This document shows positions 20,375 through 30,184 of a stretch of 64,000 nt of DNA, in pieces. The notes under the pieces were generated by a model. It was not told the DNA's origin. It searched no databases and saw nothing but the letters and a program-made list of their open reading frames with translations. The translations under genes and the position numbers were made by a program. The stretch is taken from contig CAVSLF010000007.1 of the NCBI GenBank assembly GCA_963728595.1, positions 1 through 64,000 of the forward strand, written 5' to 3'. This DNA is from an uncultured Nitrososphaeraceae archaeon. Lineage in GTDB: Archaea > Thermoproteota > Nitrososphaeria > Nitrososphaerales > Nitrososphaeraceae. Numbering within the stretch: the first letter of the stretch is position 1; each line of letters begins with the position of its first letter.

Positions 20375-20955
20375 TACTTGAGCCCGTTTCCTAGAATGGG
20401 CGATATTTTCTCGCTGGAAGTAGTTTTGATAACGACAGTTACGAAAACGACAGTTACGAGCTTTACAGGATGAAAATTATTAGCCAATGGAATAAGAGAA
20501 AAGATAAGTGTACGTGAAGAAATTATAGACGAAGCAATAGGCAACAGTCGGGTATGCAAGACTACCTACCTTATGCTAGGAAACGAGAACGAGATTAACT
20601 TTTTGGTGTGGAATTTATCACTTGTTAGAATAATAATTACCAATATGCTTTTGAGTGGTATATGTCAATTAATAGGTGTAAACTTTTTTAAAAAAGTTTA
20701 CAAGCTGCTGGCAAAGGTCCCGAATCGGCAGTTGATTATCAATTGTATCAAAAAAGCCGTTCAATGTCTTCAATGCTAGAAATGAAAGGCGAGTAACGAG
20801 CTTTAGATAGACAATTCAAAAAATTCAATTAAAACATTATTGAACACCGGAGATATACAGATAAATCATCCGAAAAATATCCTATATTTGCTATAAATGG
20901 TGGTAAAGCCTATAAGAAAGATTAACTATTCAAAATTGGAGACATAGTAGTAATA

Positions 20956-22692
20956 TTGACTGCAATTAGGGTACCGGATTCTGTTATTCCTTCATCTGGA
21001 GGATCACGCGTATATTCTTCAGAGTACAAGACAGCCGTATCAACTCTTCTTGAAAAGACAATTTCATTGCTTGATCAATATGAGGAAAGGAGTGCACGCG
21101 ACAATTTAATGCTGGCGATATCGAGAATCCTATCGGCATCGAAAATGGAAGATCATCCTGAAGTAGTTGCCGTTGCTGAGCACATCAAAAATATTTGTGA
21201 GGCGACAACATCTGGGAAAGTTATCCCGAGTAAGCGCACAGCGGAGGCAATCAGAGCATCAATAATACAACTTAGTCACGGTCTTCAAAAAGACAATATG
21301 GTACTTGAGCCATCGTTAATTGAAAATTTAAAGTCAATTCTTCGAGATGCCAAGAGCGACGATAAGGACTACCTATTTTTAAAAAAATTGCATGTTTTGT
21401 TTATTGATGACGATGAATTTGCTCAAATGCAGATCGCAAAAAATATTGGAAATTCAATTAACTTAGAAGTTTGTTCTTCTGTCGACGATGCAACGATAAA
21501 GTTAAAGATTGAGCGTTTTGATGCAGTGTTGTGCAGCATTGAACTAAGCGATAAACATATTCTTGATTTTATTAATAATTTTTCGCGGAGTTTCCCTATT
21601 GTCGCCATATCAGGCTCAGAGGATCCGAAATTGGTGCAGATCGTTGGAAAAGCAGGGGCTCGTGATTACATTGTGAAGAATGATTCAGGAATCAAATGGG
21701 TATCTCGGTCTCTACATAAAGTAACTAACGAGTGGACTCGCAAAACCAGGATATCTGATGATCAAAAACTCCTGATGACATCTTCAGTAAGAAAAATATT
21801 AAAAGTACTGATGGGTGGTGTCCAGCTAAGACAACAAATTCATTCCAGAGTTGAATTTGATTCAAAGTCCATTAATTCCTTAAAGGATCATGAAAAAACA
21901 CTAAAGTCACTAATAAATGCGGGATACATAATCAAACAACCAACGCAGTTAAAGTTAGCTTGTCCCGCTTGCAAATCAATTAACATTATGATCAATTATC
22001 TATGTCAAAATTGTAAGGCGAGTAATTTTACACGAGGAGATGTACTAGAGCACAATAAGTGTGGACACTCAGATTTGGAAAATAACTTTCGGCAAGATAA
22101 CAAGTTAGTTTGTCCCAAATGTCGAAAAGAACTAAAACTTATTGGAGTAGATTACTTTAGAGTAATTTCGGCTCTAAAATGTAAGGAGTGTCAAAATATT
22201 TTTACAATTCCAGAAGTCTCTTATGATTGCAGTCAATGTGGTAACTCAGGCTTTAGTCTATCAGATGGCAGATGGAATCAAATGTATAATTATGAGATCA
22301 GTGCCGAAAAGTTGGATCAAATAAAGCAGAACATAGTTTCACTATCGCCAATCGAGGAATACCTCAGGCAAAAAGGGTATGAAATAGGTTTAGATGAAAT
22401 AATATCATTTGAATCACAATCCTTCGGACCATTTGACTTAGTTGCGGAGAACGGAACAAATTTAATTTTGGCTTCTTTAATAGGATCCGAAATAGAGAAT
22501 GCATTAGCAAGACTAATAGATTTGGACAATGCCGGCAAACACACCCAGCAGAAAGTTATCAAATATGCAATTTTATTCTCAGATCCGACAGAGATCGCTC
22601 GTAATTTGATCGATAAGTTTGGCATAATCCCCATCGTAATTGAAAATGAAAGTGAAATGCTTGCTAAGTTTAAGGAAAATTTCAAAGAATGA
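20956..22692 (+). CDS. Multidomain regulator: degenerate Hpt-like, pseudo-receiver, TackOD1-like multi-Zn region, C-terminal PD-(D/E)xK-like domain
   Basis: Helical N-terminus resembling Hpt/CheA-P1; HVLFIDDDE...DAVLCSIEL...YIVK receiver; CPAC, CQNC, HNKC, CPKC, CKEC, CSQC; GPFDLVAE tail. Confidence 0.75.
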   Translation: MTAIRVPDSVIPSSGGSRVYSSEYKTAVSTLLEKTISLLDQYEERSARDNLMLAISRILSASKMEDHPEVVAVAEHIKNICEATTSGKVIPSKRTAEAIRASIIQLSHGLQKDNMVLEPSLIENLKSILRDAKSDDKDYLFLKKLHVLFIDDDEFAQMQIAKNIGNSINLEVCSSVDDATIKLKIERFDAVLCSIELSDKHILDFINNFSRSFPIVAISGSEDPKLVQIVGKAGARDYIVKNDSGIKWVSRSLHKVTNEWTRKTRISDDQKLLMTSSVRKILKVLMGGVQLRQQIHSRVEFDSKSINSLKDHEKTLKSLINAGYIIKQPTQLKLACPACKSINIMINYLCQNCKASNFTRGDVLEHNKCGHSDLENNFRQDNKLVCPKCRKELKLIGVDYFRVISALKCKECQNIFTIPEVSYDCSQCGNSGFSLSDGRWNQMYNYEISAEKLDQIKQNIVSLSPIEEYLRQKGYEIGLDEIISFESQSFGPFDLVAENGTNLILASLIGSEIENALARLIDLDNAGKHTQQKVIKYAILFSDPTEIARNLIDKFGIIPIVIENESEMLAKFKENFKE

Positions 22693-22693
22693 A

Positions 22694-23980
22694 ATGCCGA
22701 CTTCGTTTGTACCCCTACTCATTCAAAACCTAAGCATATTTCCTTTCGTCCAAGATTATTTGACATGGATACAAAATCTCACATTCTGGCAATTTATCGG
22801 AATTATTTCATTTGTTCTTGTTGATCTCTTAAGGAACGTTGGAAAACCTGTCGTATTATCTATACACCACCTATTCAGAAAAATACATCCATTGCCATTC
22901 CAAAGCATTGAAGGTGCACAAATTAAGATTTCCGTTTTGGTCCCTGCTCATAACGAGGGCGTTGCTATTAGAAAGACCATAGAGTCTTTGCTAGAGAATA
23001 CCTATCCCAACAAGGAGATTATTGTAATTGATGATCATTCTACAGACGATACTTTTCAACAAGCCTACCCATACTATAAAAGTGGAAAGATAAAATTGGT
23101 CAAACGAACAGAGGGATCAAAAGGTTCCAAATCAGGCGCATCTAATTTTGGTGCGGTTTTCGCTTCCGGTGATATAATTCTTGTAATGGATGGTGATACG
23201 CTCATGGAGAGGAATGCGCTTTCTGAAGTAGCAAAGTATATGACGGTACAAGACATTGTTGCCATTGCTGGAAATGTCAGAATCCTCAGTGGAGACAATG
23301 AAGTTGAAAACCTTCTGACCAAATGTCAATCTTACGAGTACCTCATTGCATTTGAACTTGGAAGAAGAATTAGATTGATGATGAAAATTTTAGTTATTAT
23401 ACCAGGCGCATTTGGTGCATTTCGGAAGGGCATAATACGTAAAGTCGGATTTTTTGACAAAGACACCATAACCGAGGATTTCGATCTGGGAGTCAAAATC
23501 TTCAAGACAAAAGGACGAGTTGAATTTATTCCGGGGGCCATTTCACAAACTTACTGCCCAAACAACTGGAGAGAATGGATTGGTCAGCGAATAAGGTGGT
23601 CTCATGGACAATTTGCAACGTTATTAAAACACAAAGACGCTGTTACTGGACGAACGAACTATCCACTATTGTTCATTTTGGGGATCATAGATATGATGTT
23701 TATGGACGTAGTACTTTTAGTGATCAGAATGATATCGCTGCTCTATATGTTACTAGTATTTCAAAATACAGTTATTTATCCCATGATTTTCATTATGATG
23801 ATATATTTTATAAATGAGATTATCGTAATAATTACGGCGGCGCTTTTCTCTCCCAATAAGAGTGACCTGAAGTACATTTATCTCGCACCTATCATGATCT
23901 TGATGTATAGACCACTTTATTCATGCGTGAGGTTCTATGCATATTTTATGTCAATGTTCAAAAAAGAAATCAAATGGTAA
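22694..23980 (+). CDS. Processive GT2 glycosyltransferase B (paralog of 13893-15152)
   Basis: ATG 1 nt after the regulator stop; VIDDHSTD, MDGD, KCQSYEY, TITEDFD, QRIRW; same TM layout as GT2-A. Confidence 0.9.
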   Translation: MPTSFVPLLIQNLSIFPFVQDYLTWIQNLTFWQFIGIISFVLVDLLRNVGKPVVLSIHHLFRKIHPLPFQSIEGAQIKISVLVPAHNEGVAIRKTIESLLENTYPNKEIIVIDDHSTDDTFQQAYPYYKSGKIKLVKRTEGSKGSKSGASNFGAVFASGDIILVMDGDTLMERNALSEVAKYMTVQDIVAIAGNVRILSGDNEVENLLTKCQSYEYLIAFELGRRIRLMMKILVIIPGAFGAFRKGIIRKVGFFDKDTITEDFDLGVKIFKTKGRVEFIPGAISQTYCPNNWREWIGQRIRWSHGQFATLLKHKDAVTGRTNYPLLFILGIIDMMFMDVVLLVIRMISLLYMLLVFQNTVIYPMIFIMMIYFINEIIVIITAALFSPNKSDLKYIYLAPIMILMYRPLYSCVRFYAYFMSMFKKEIKW

Positions 23981-24461
23981 CGGTGATTAAAGAAATTGTC
24001 TTGTTAGACTCTTGTAACAAGCGATAATAAGTGAAAGATGAAAAATACAATTGAACCGTTGTCCGTGACCTCTCCTACTAAGGAGATCACTACATTTGAT
24101 GCTCTTACGTCTATCATTAATAGCAATTAATATCTTCATAACTAACATAGTTTTACTATTTCGAAGTAAATAAGCACAGTGATTACATTGTATTTTCATT
24201 ACTACAGAAGTTGTGTGCCAACACTTTCTCCAATTAAGTTTCTCAGTAATTACGATCGCAAGGGATGTCTTAGAACCTTTCTCATATAGGGATAGAATCT
24301 TGTGCATTTTTATTTAGTCAATTTCCACCGAAGGATTGTGATGAATGGTCAGAAAAATAACTTTTCATGAAGCACTATCTAGGGTTTTACGTTACATGAT
24401 CATGGATTTCACGGCCACAAAAATATTCTAATGCCGATCTTGTACGATTTTGTGCAATAGG

Positions 24462-24833
24462 TCATTTGTTACGGTATTTCTCTATCAGCTCGGTTAGGTC
24501 ATCCAGAGATACTGGCTTTTTCAGCACGCCTTTTGCACCGGAGGCAACAAAGTCGTCGATATCTCTATCTGTGATTGAGGATGCCGTAAATATTATAATA
24601 TTCTCAGACCTTAGTAGGTCCTCGCTCTTTAGTTTCTTTAGAATATCCATGCCACTGAAATTTGGCATTGCAATATCAAGCAATATTAAATCATATTTAC
24701 CTCTTTCAGTCAATATTTCATCCAGTCCAGTCTTTCCATCATTGATCATTTTACATTCTATTTCTGAACTGTCCAGACTATCATAGATAGCTTCGGTCAA
24801 ATCTTTGTTGTCATCTATCACAAGCAGTTTCAT
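24462..24833 (-). CDS. Single-domain response regulator (REC 2)
   Basis: KLLVIDD, DLILLDIAMP, IFTAS, VLKKP; ATGA overlap with kinase 2. Confidence 0.93.
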   Translation of the reverse strand: MKLLVIDDNKDLTEAIYDSLDSSEIECKMINDGKTGLDEILTERGKYDLILLDIAMPNFSGMDILKKLKSEDLLRSENIIIFTASSITDRDIDDFVASGAKGVLKKPVSLDDLTELIEKYRNK

Positions 24834-26762
24834 ACAGTTTCACCGTTTCTCGGTAAAGTAAACTTAAAAGAAGCCCCTTTGTTATATCCTTTATTTAACC
24901 ATATTGTTCCGCCATGTGACTCGATGATTCCTTTTGAAATTGCCAGTCCTAGGCCAGTTCCACCGTGCTTCCTTGTCAGAGTTGTATCTATCTGGTAAAA
25001 TTTCTTGAATAGATTATCAATTTTATCGGCAGGAATTCCAATACCGTTATCTTCAACGGTAAACATTACTTTGTGTCCTCTTTCAGTGTCATCATCTTCA
25101 GCCCTTATGGTAATTCTCCCACCTTCCTTTGGAACAAAGTCCAACGAATTCTTTATTAAGGCAGAAAATACCTGGTTTATTCTTTGAGGATCGCATTTGA
25201 CAGTACCCTGACGTCCGCATATCTGAGTTAAGTTCAACTTTGTATTCGTCAGAAAGAGGTTTGAATTCTGTGAAAATTTCATTTACCAATTTCTCGACAT
25301 TAACATCAATCTTCTTTAGTTTAAGTTTTCCTATGTCCAATTTGTAAACGTCAAGAATATCGCCTATCAAAACTTCTAACTTCGTTATACCGTTAAGAAT
25401 AACTGTGATGGCCTTGTGCTGTTTTTCATTTAACTGTCCAAATGACTTTGTTGATTTGAGAAGCATTTGGGAGTAAAGTTTCATTGGAGATAGTGGTGTT
25501 TTTAATTCATGACTTACCATTGACATGAATTCTTCTTTCCCTATGTCAGCAGTCCTCAAATCTTCATTTGCCTTTTCAAGTTCTACTTCCTTCAACAGTA
25601 AATCTTCGTTGGCCTTGCTCAATTCCTTAGTTCTCTCTTTAACTAATGAATTGAGATTGTTGTTTACCTGATTTACGCTTTGTCTCATTGATTCAAAACT
25701 TGAGGCCAGTTCTCCTATTTCATTTGACTGCTTACTCTCAACCATAGTATTAAAATTGCCTTCGCTCACATCCGTAACCAAACGTTTCAACTGGGTGATT
25801 GGATTCGAAATGCGTCTGGCAAACAAGAAAACAATTACGATAGCAATTGATAATATAATACCTGCTGAGATAACTGATTGATTGATTATATCTTGAAGTC
25901 CACTGAAGACTTTTTGCGAGCTCTCTCCGATTATTAAAAACCAGCCATTTCCTTTATAATCCAAATATCCATTTCCTTGTTTCACACCGACAAGAATTTC
26001 ATCTATACCCAAGCGGCGCTCTACAGTATTATATGCAATTTTATTGTCAACAGAAGTTTTTAATAATTTGTAAATGTGTGAATTTGCAATATTTCTTTGC
26101 ATTATTGATTTTTTATCGTAATTAGAGTAAATCACAAGACCATCATTTGAGACTAAATCAATCCTAAAAAATGACGGTCCGCTTTCGGTCCCTATGTTTT
26201 TCACATGCTGCTTAAACACATCATTTACCTTGTTTATTGGAAATTGACTTACTACGACCCCTGTAATTTGTCTATTATCATTATATATTGGTGCGGAAAA
26301 ATGAATAACAAACTGTTTGAGAGCATCTGACATTACTGGAATTTTGTCATAGTATATCTCCCCCTTGCTCGCATGTTGGAAAAATGGAGTTTGTGATCGG
26401 TTTGCTCCTAGAAGGATATTCCTTGTGTCGCCAATCTTAATTCCTTTTGTATCGTATAGAGATATCGATGCATATGCTTTAAACGTCTTTTCCATGTCCC
26501 TCAAGTAATCCAACTTTGCCGGCAATGTAAAATTAGAATTGCTTAATATGTTACTAATGGAAAGAAATTGAATGTCGGCAAGTCTTTCAAACATTTGTAT
26601 AGAGAGTTTATCTATCAAATTTGTGGCAATGACCTCAAACTCATTTTCAATATCTGATCGTACTCTTTTTGAGAAATTATCTACTGCAATGTATGTAGTT
26701 ACCGCTATTGACATTGACACTATTGAAACCATTATAACAAGAAGTTCTGTCCTGATTTTCAT
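24830..26762 (-). CDS. Membrane sensor histidine kinase 2 (Cache-HAMP-HisKA-HATPase), frameshifted near 25210
   Basis: ORF 25098-26762 gives sensor, HAMP and SHELKTP; ORF 24830-25282 gives CDPQRINQV, EDNGIG, GGTGLGL; clear paralog of kinase 1. Confidence 0.9.
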
Positions 26763-26844
26763 TTAGTGTCATCTGAGATTGAATGGCCGACATTGAGAGT
26801 TAATATTATCATATGACCATTGTTAAATGACATTTTATTACAAA

Positions 26845-27978
26845 CTATCTCTCATTAGATTTGAACAAAACTTCAGCAAATGTAGGATCAATTATTTTTG
26901 CAATGTCAGGAAGATCACTTATCTGTCCTCTGTTTACAAAAAACTTGGAAATCTCGTTTCCACTAACGTATAGTGATGCGGTGTCGTTAGATTTAATATT
27001 CATAGCAGTATTGATATTATCACTTAAAGATAATACCCTGATACCATTAAATCCTTCGACAATATCACCCTCGCTAATACCTGATTTCAAAGACATTATT
27101 TTCAAGGCATCAGCCTTATTGCTCGCATAGTAATCCTCAGCTTCAACCAACGATCTTACAATTGCCTGAATATCCTGTGGTCGCTGTTCTACGACGTCTG
27201 AGCGAAAGGCAAGAACGGTATTGATTATGCCAGGAATGGAGCCTGCAGTAAATAAGATTTTATATCCTTTTTTTAATGCTTCTGATGTATAAGGCTCGTA
27301 CGTGTGCCCAGCCACTATTTCTCCTTTTTCTAAGGCTTCAGTCACGTTTTGAGCAGGCACGTCTACAAATTCAACATCACCTTCATTCAACCCTGATTGT
27401 TCTAATGCCTTCAAGATAAACAAATGTGAAAAACTGTTTATACCTTGAACGCCAATTTTCTTCCCTTGTAGTTCAGCCAAAGTATAATTTGTAATATTGA
27501 CAGTAGTGTTATTCATATTCTGTTTTCCGACAATGGCATCTGCTGTGTCCGAAAAATCGACTGCAAAAACGACCTTAGAATCTGTGCCTTGAGAATGCTG
27601 AAAAATGACATCAGCATAAACCCCCATTATTCCCTCAAATTGGCCAGTGTAATATCCATCGATCAATTGCAAATAATCTGGAACCAGAGTCAATTGTACA
27701 TTAACATTATTTTTTTCAAAAAAACCTTTTTCCTGTGCGATAAATGGCAAGAAATCTGTTACCCAAATATTAAGTCCCAATTCTATTGGCTTTCCTGTGA
27801 CAGCATTTACAGAAGCGAGTGTTGTGAAAACAAGACTCAATAAAATAATGGCAACGGATAAAGTAACGAATATTTGCCTACACGATAATGAATTAGTCTG
27901 AATTACTGCTGTATATTCTGAAGAAAAACAATCTTTAAGGTGTCGATAACCTCGGAATTTACTATTAATCCCCACCAT
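26845..27978 (-). CDS. Solute-binding protein, NMT1/THI5/SsuA (NitT/TauT) family
   Basis: Signal/TM segment, PFIAQEKGFFEKNNVNV, LQGKKIGV, GLNEGDVEFV, TYEPY motifs. Confidence 0.85.
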   Translation of the reverse strand: MVGINSKFRGYRHLKDCFSSEYTAVIQTNSLSCRQIFVTLSVAIILLSLVFTTLASVNAVTGKPIELGLNIWVTDFLPFIAQEKGFFEKNNVNVQLTLVPDYLQLIDGYYTGQFEGIMGVYADVIFQHSQGTDSKVVFAVDFSDTADAIVGKQNMNNTTVNITNYTLAELQGKKIGVQGINSFSHLFILKALEQSGLNEGDVEFVDVPAQNVTEALEKGEIVAGHTYEPYTSEALKKGYKILFTAGSIPGIINTVLAFRSDVVEQRPQDIQAIVRSLVEAEDYYASNKADALKIMSLKSGISEGDIVEGFNGIRVLSLSDNINTAMNIKSNDTASLYVSGNEISKFFVNRGQISDLPDIAKIIDPTFAEVLFKSNER

Positions 27979-28187
27979 AGTGTCTGTAAAGCGACAAGTT
28001 ACATTAATTTTTCTATTTCACAGCATATTTCATAAATCTGAAATCATCTACAAAATGCGGGACGTTTGAAGGATCACTGGGTTTCTTATGAGTCCGGAGT
28101 AGCAACCATTAATCAACATGGGAGAAATGATTTTGATTACTTCAAGTATGTCAATATGCATAACGTCTCTCGCAGGGCCTTCTGTAA

Positions 28188-29570
28188 TTACCCCTCGATG
28201 CCATCGACTGGTAAGATAAATTTGACTAGTGTGCCATCATTTGATGATTCATCAATCCAGATTAATCCTCCATGACCTTCCACAATACCCTTGCATATCG
28301 TTAGACCCAATCCTGTTCCGCCGTGCTTTCGCGTGAGACTTGTATCAATCTGATAGAATTTTTTGAAAATATTGTCTAACTTGTCAGCTGGTATCCCAGG
28401 ACCATTATCTTCGACGCTGAATAAAGTCATATTTTCGACAGGATAATTAATACTCTCTTTCACGTTACGCCTGTCTTTGGTACCGTCGTAGTGTTCCACT
28501 TTTATTATTATTATTCCTTTTTCTCGAGGGACAAAATCTATTGAGTTCTTTATCAAATTTGAAAGGACCTGCTCAATCCTTTTGTGGTCACAATTTATAC
28601 TATGATTATCTTTTATGTCAGTGAATACTTTTATATTTTTTTCAAGGATAAAGGAATTTAAATCCGAGATGGTTTCGTTTACAAGTTGAGCAACATTTAC
28701 ATTGCTTTTGGTAATATTCATCTTTCCTATATCTAATTTGTATACGTCAAGAATATCATTTACTAGAAGTTCAAGCTTGTCGACATTTCGATAGATAGTT
28801 GCTAATGCCTTTTTTTGGGCATCAGTTGTCTGTCCCATTTTACTTATTTTAAGTAACATATCTGTATAGAATTTAATTACAGATATAGGTGTCTTGAGCT
28901 CATGACTCACCATTGACATAAATTCTTCTTTTGATTTATCTTCTTGCAATAATTTAAAAATGAGATTCTGAAGCTCTTTATCCTTTAAAATTATTTGTTC
29001 TGATTTTTCTGCAAGTTTCTCATTTGCAAGTTTTATTTGCTCGTACAATTCAGATTGCTGCCAGAGATTTTCAAAAATTGTTACGTATGACAACACGCTG
29101 GAAGTACTGCTCGAATAGATTGATGGCCCCATCGCTTCAATGAAACTATCCTTAGAATCATCTTTTAGTTCCATTATGAGTGAAAACTTCTGATCCACCA
29201 CCAGTATGGTAGATCTTGGTTGCTCTCCTGTCATCTGTTCAATCGATTTGGTCTGGAAATTGCGCTTTTTGCCTATACTTGCAAACTCGCGTAAGAGATC
29301 GCTCTCCCCAATAGGATGGGCTCCCTTTAGAGGAGTTAAAATTCTAACTTTAACGCCAGAGTTCGTCGATTTATCCTTAAGTAATTGGACACCGCCTATC
29401 TTATTAAGTCGGTCTAACCCTTTAGATGTAGGGATCATCAGCATTATTTCTTTTGTTGCTTGATTCAAAAGATTGAGGTAGAGACTTCTTGCTCTTGAGA
29501 CATCTTGAATAACTTCAATAAGATTTCCACTAATTGCTTTTTTTTCCGTCCCACTATCGCCCCATTTCAA
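28188..29570 (-). CDS. Cytoplasmic histidine kinase 3 with TrmB/PLD-like sensor domain
   Basis: ATKEIMLMIPT, GVKVRILTP, ILVVDQKFSL, YVTIFENLWQ; SHELKTP, NLIKNS, EDNGPG, GGTGLGL; no TM helix. Confidence 0.88.
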   Translation of the reverse strand: MKWGDSGTEKKAISGNLIEVIQDVSRARSLYLNLLNQATKEIMLMIPTSKGLDRLNKIGGVQLLKDKSTNSGVKVRILTPLKGAHPIGESDLLREFASIGKKRNFQTKSIEQMTGEQPRSTILVVDQKFSLIMELKDDSKDSFIEAMGPSIYSSSTSSVLSYVTIFENLWQQSELYEQIKLANEKLAEKSEQIILKDKELQNLIFKLLQEDKSKEEFMSMVSHELKTPISVIKFYTDMLLKISKMGQTTDAQKKALATIYRNVDKLELLVNDILDVYKLDIGKMNITKSNVNVAQLVNETISDLNSFILEKNIKVFTDIKDNHSINCDHKRIEQVLSNLIKNSIDFVPREKGIIIIKVEHYDGTKDRRNVKESINYPVENMTLFSVEDNGPGIPADKLDNIFKKFYQIDTSLTRKHGGTGLGLTICKGIVEGHGGLIWIDESSNDGTLVKFILPVDGIEG

Positions 29571-30184
29571 AATTATTATCCTTTATAGTGTTACATTGAA
29601 ATTGAGTTGCGTCTTGTATATAATTACTCAATATAGTAACGCAGAAGAATTCAGGAGGCCCCCTAGTTGGCGCACTCCGAGCATGAAATGGAATTCCAGA
29701 ATAAAAATGAGCGTTCACTAAAACCAAGATGTAAGTATATGAAAACAAGTGGGTTAGATTAATTTTTGGATCAGTTTATTTTGGATCATTCCGTGGGTAA
29801 TGAGACGCATTATACCGCCAATTTCTGAATATATTCAACTTCTTGAAGCTGATCAATGTCACAAATTGACCCAGCTCTAGCAAGGTGTCTTTAATCACAA
29901 GGCGTTATAAAAGATATACCATTTTATAGATAAAGACATGGAGCCACGAATCATGAAATAATCGTAACGGTAGCGAGCATTTTTGTATCCAGAACATAAG
30001 TCCACATGGTTTAATCTTTACCACCAGTTGATGTTGGTCAGATCTTGCTTGTCGTATTATAGTGGGCGTGATCGTTGATCTATCTTTGTGAAACTTTAAT
30101 TATGTTGTATTTTCCCTCGTGACAAGATAAATAACAAACATGTTCTACACAAGAATTATATCAATCAAATCTCAAACTTGAATT

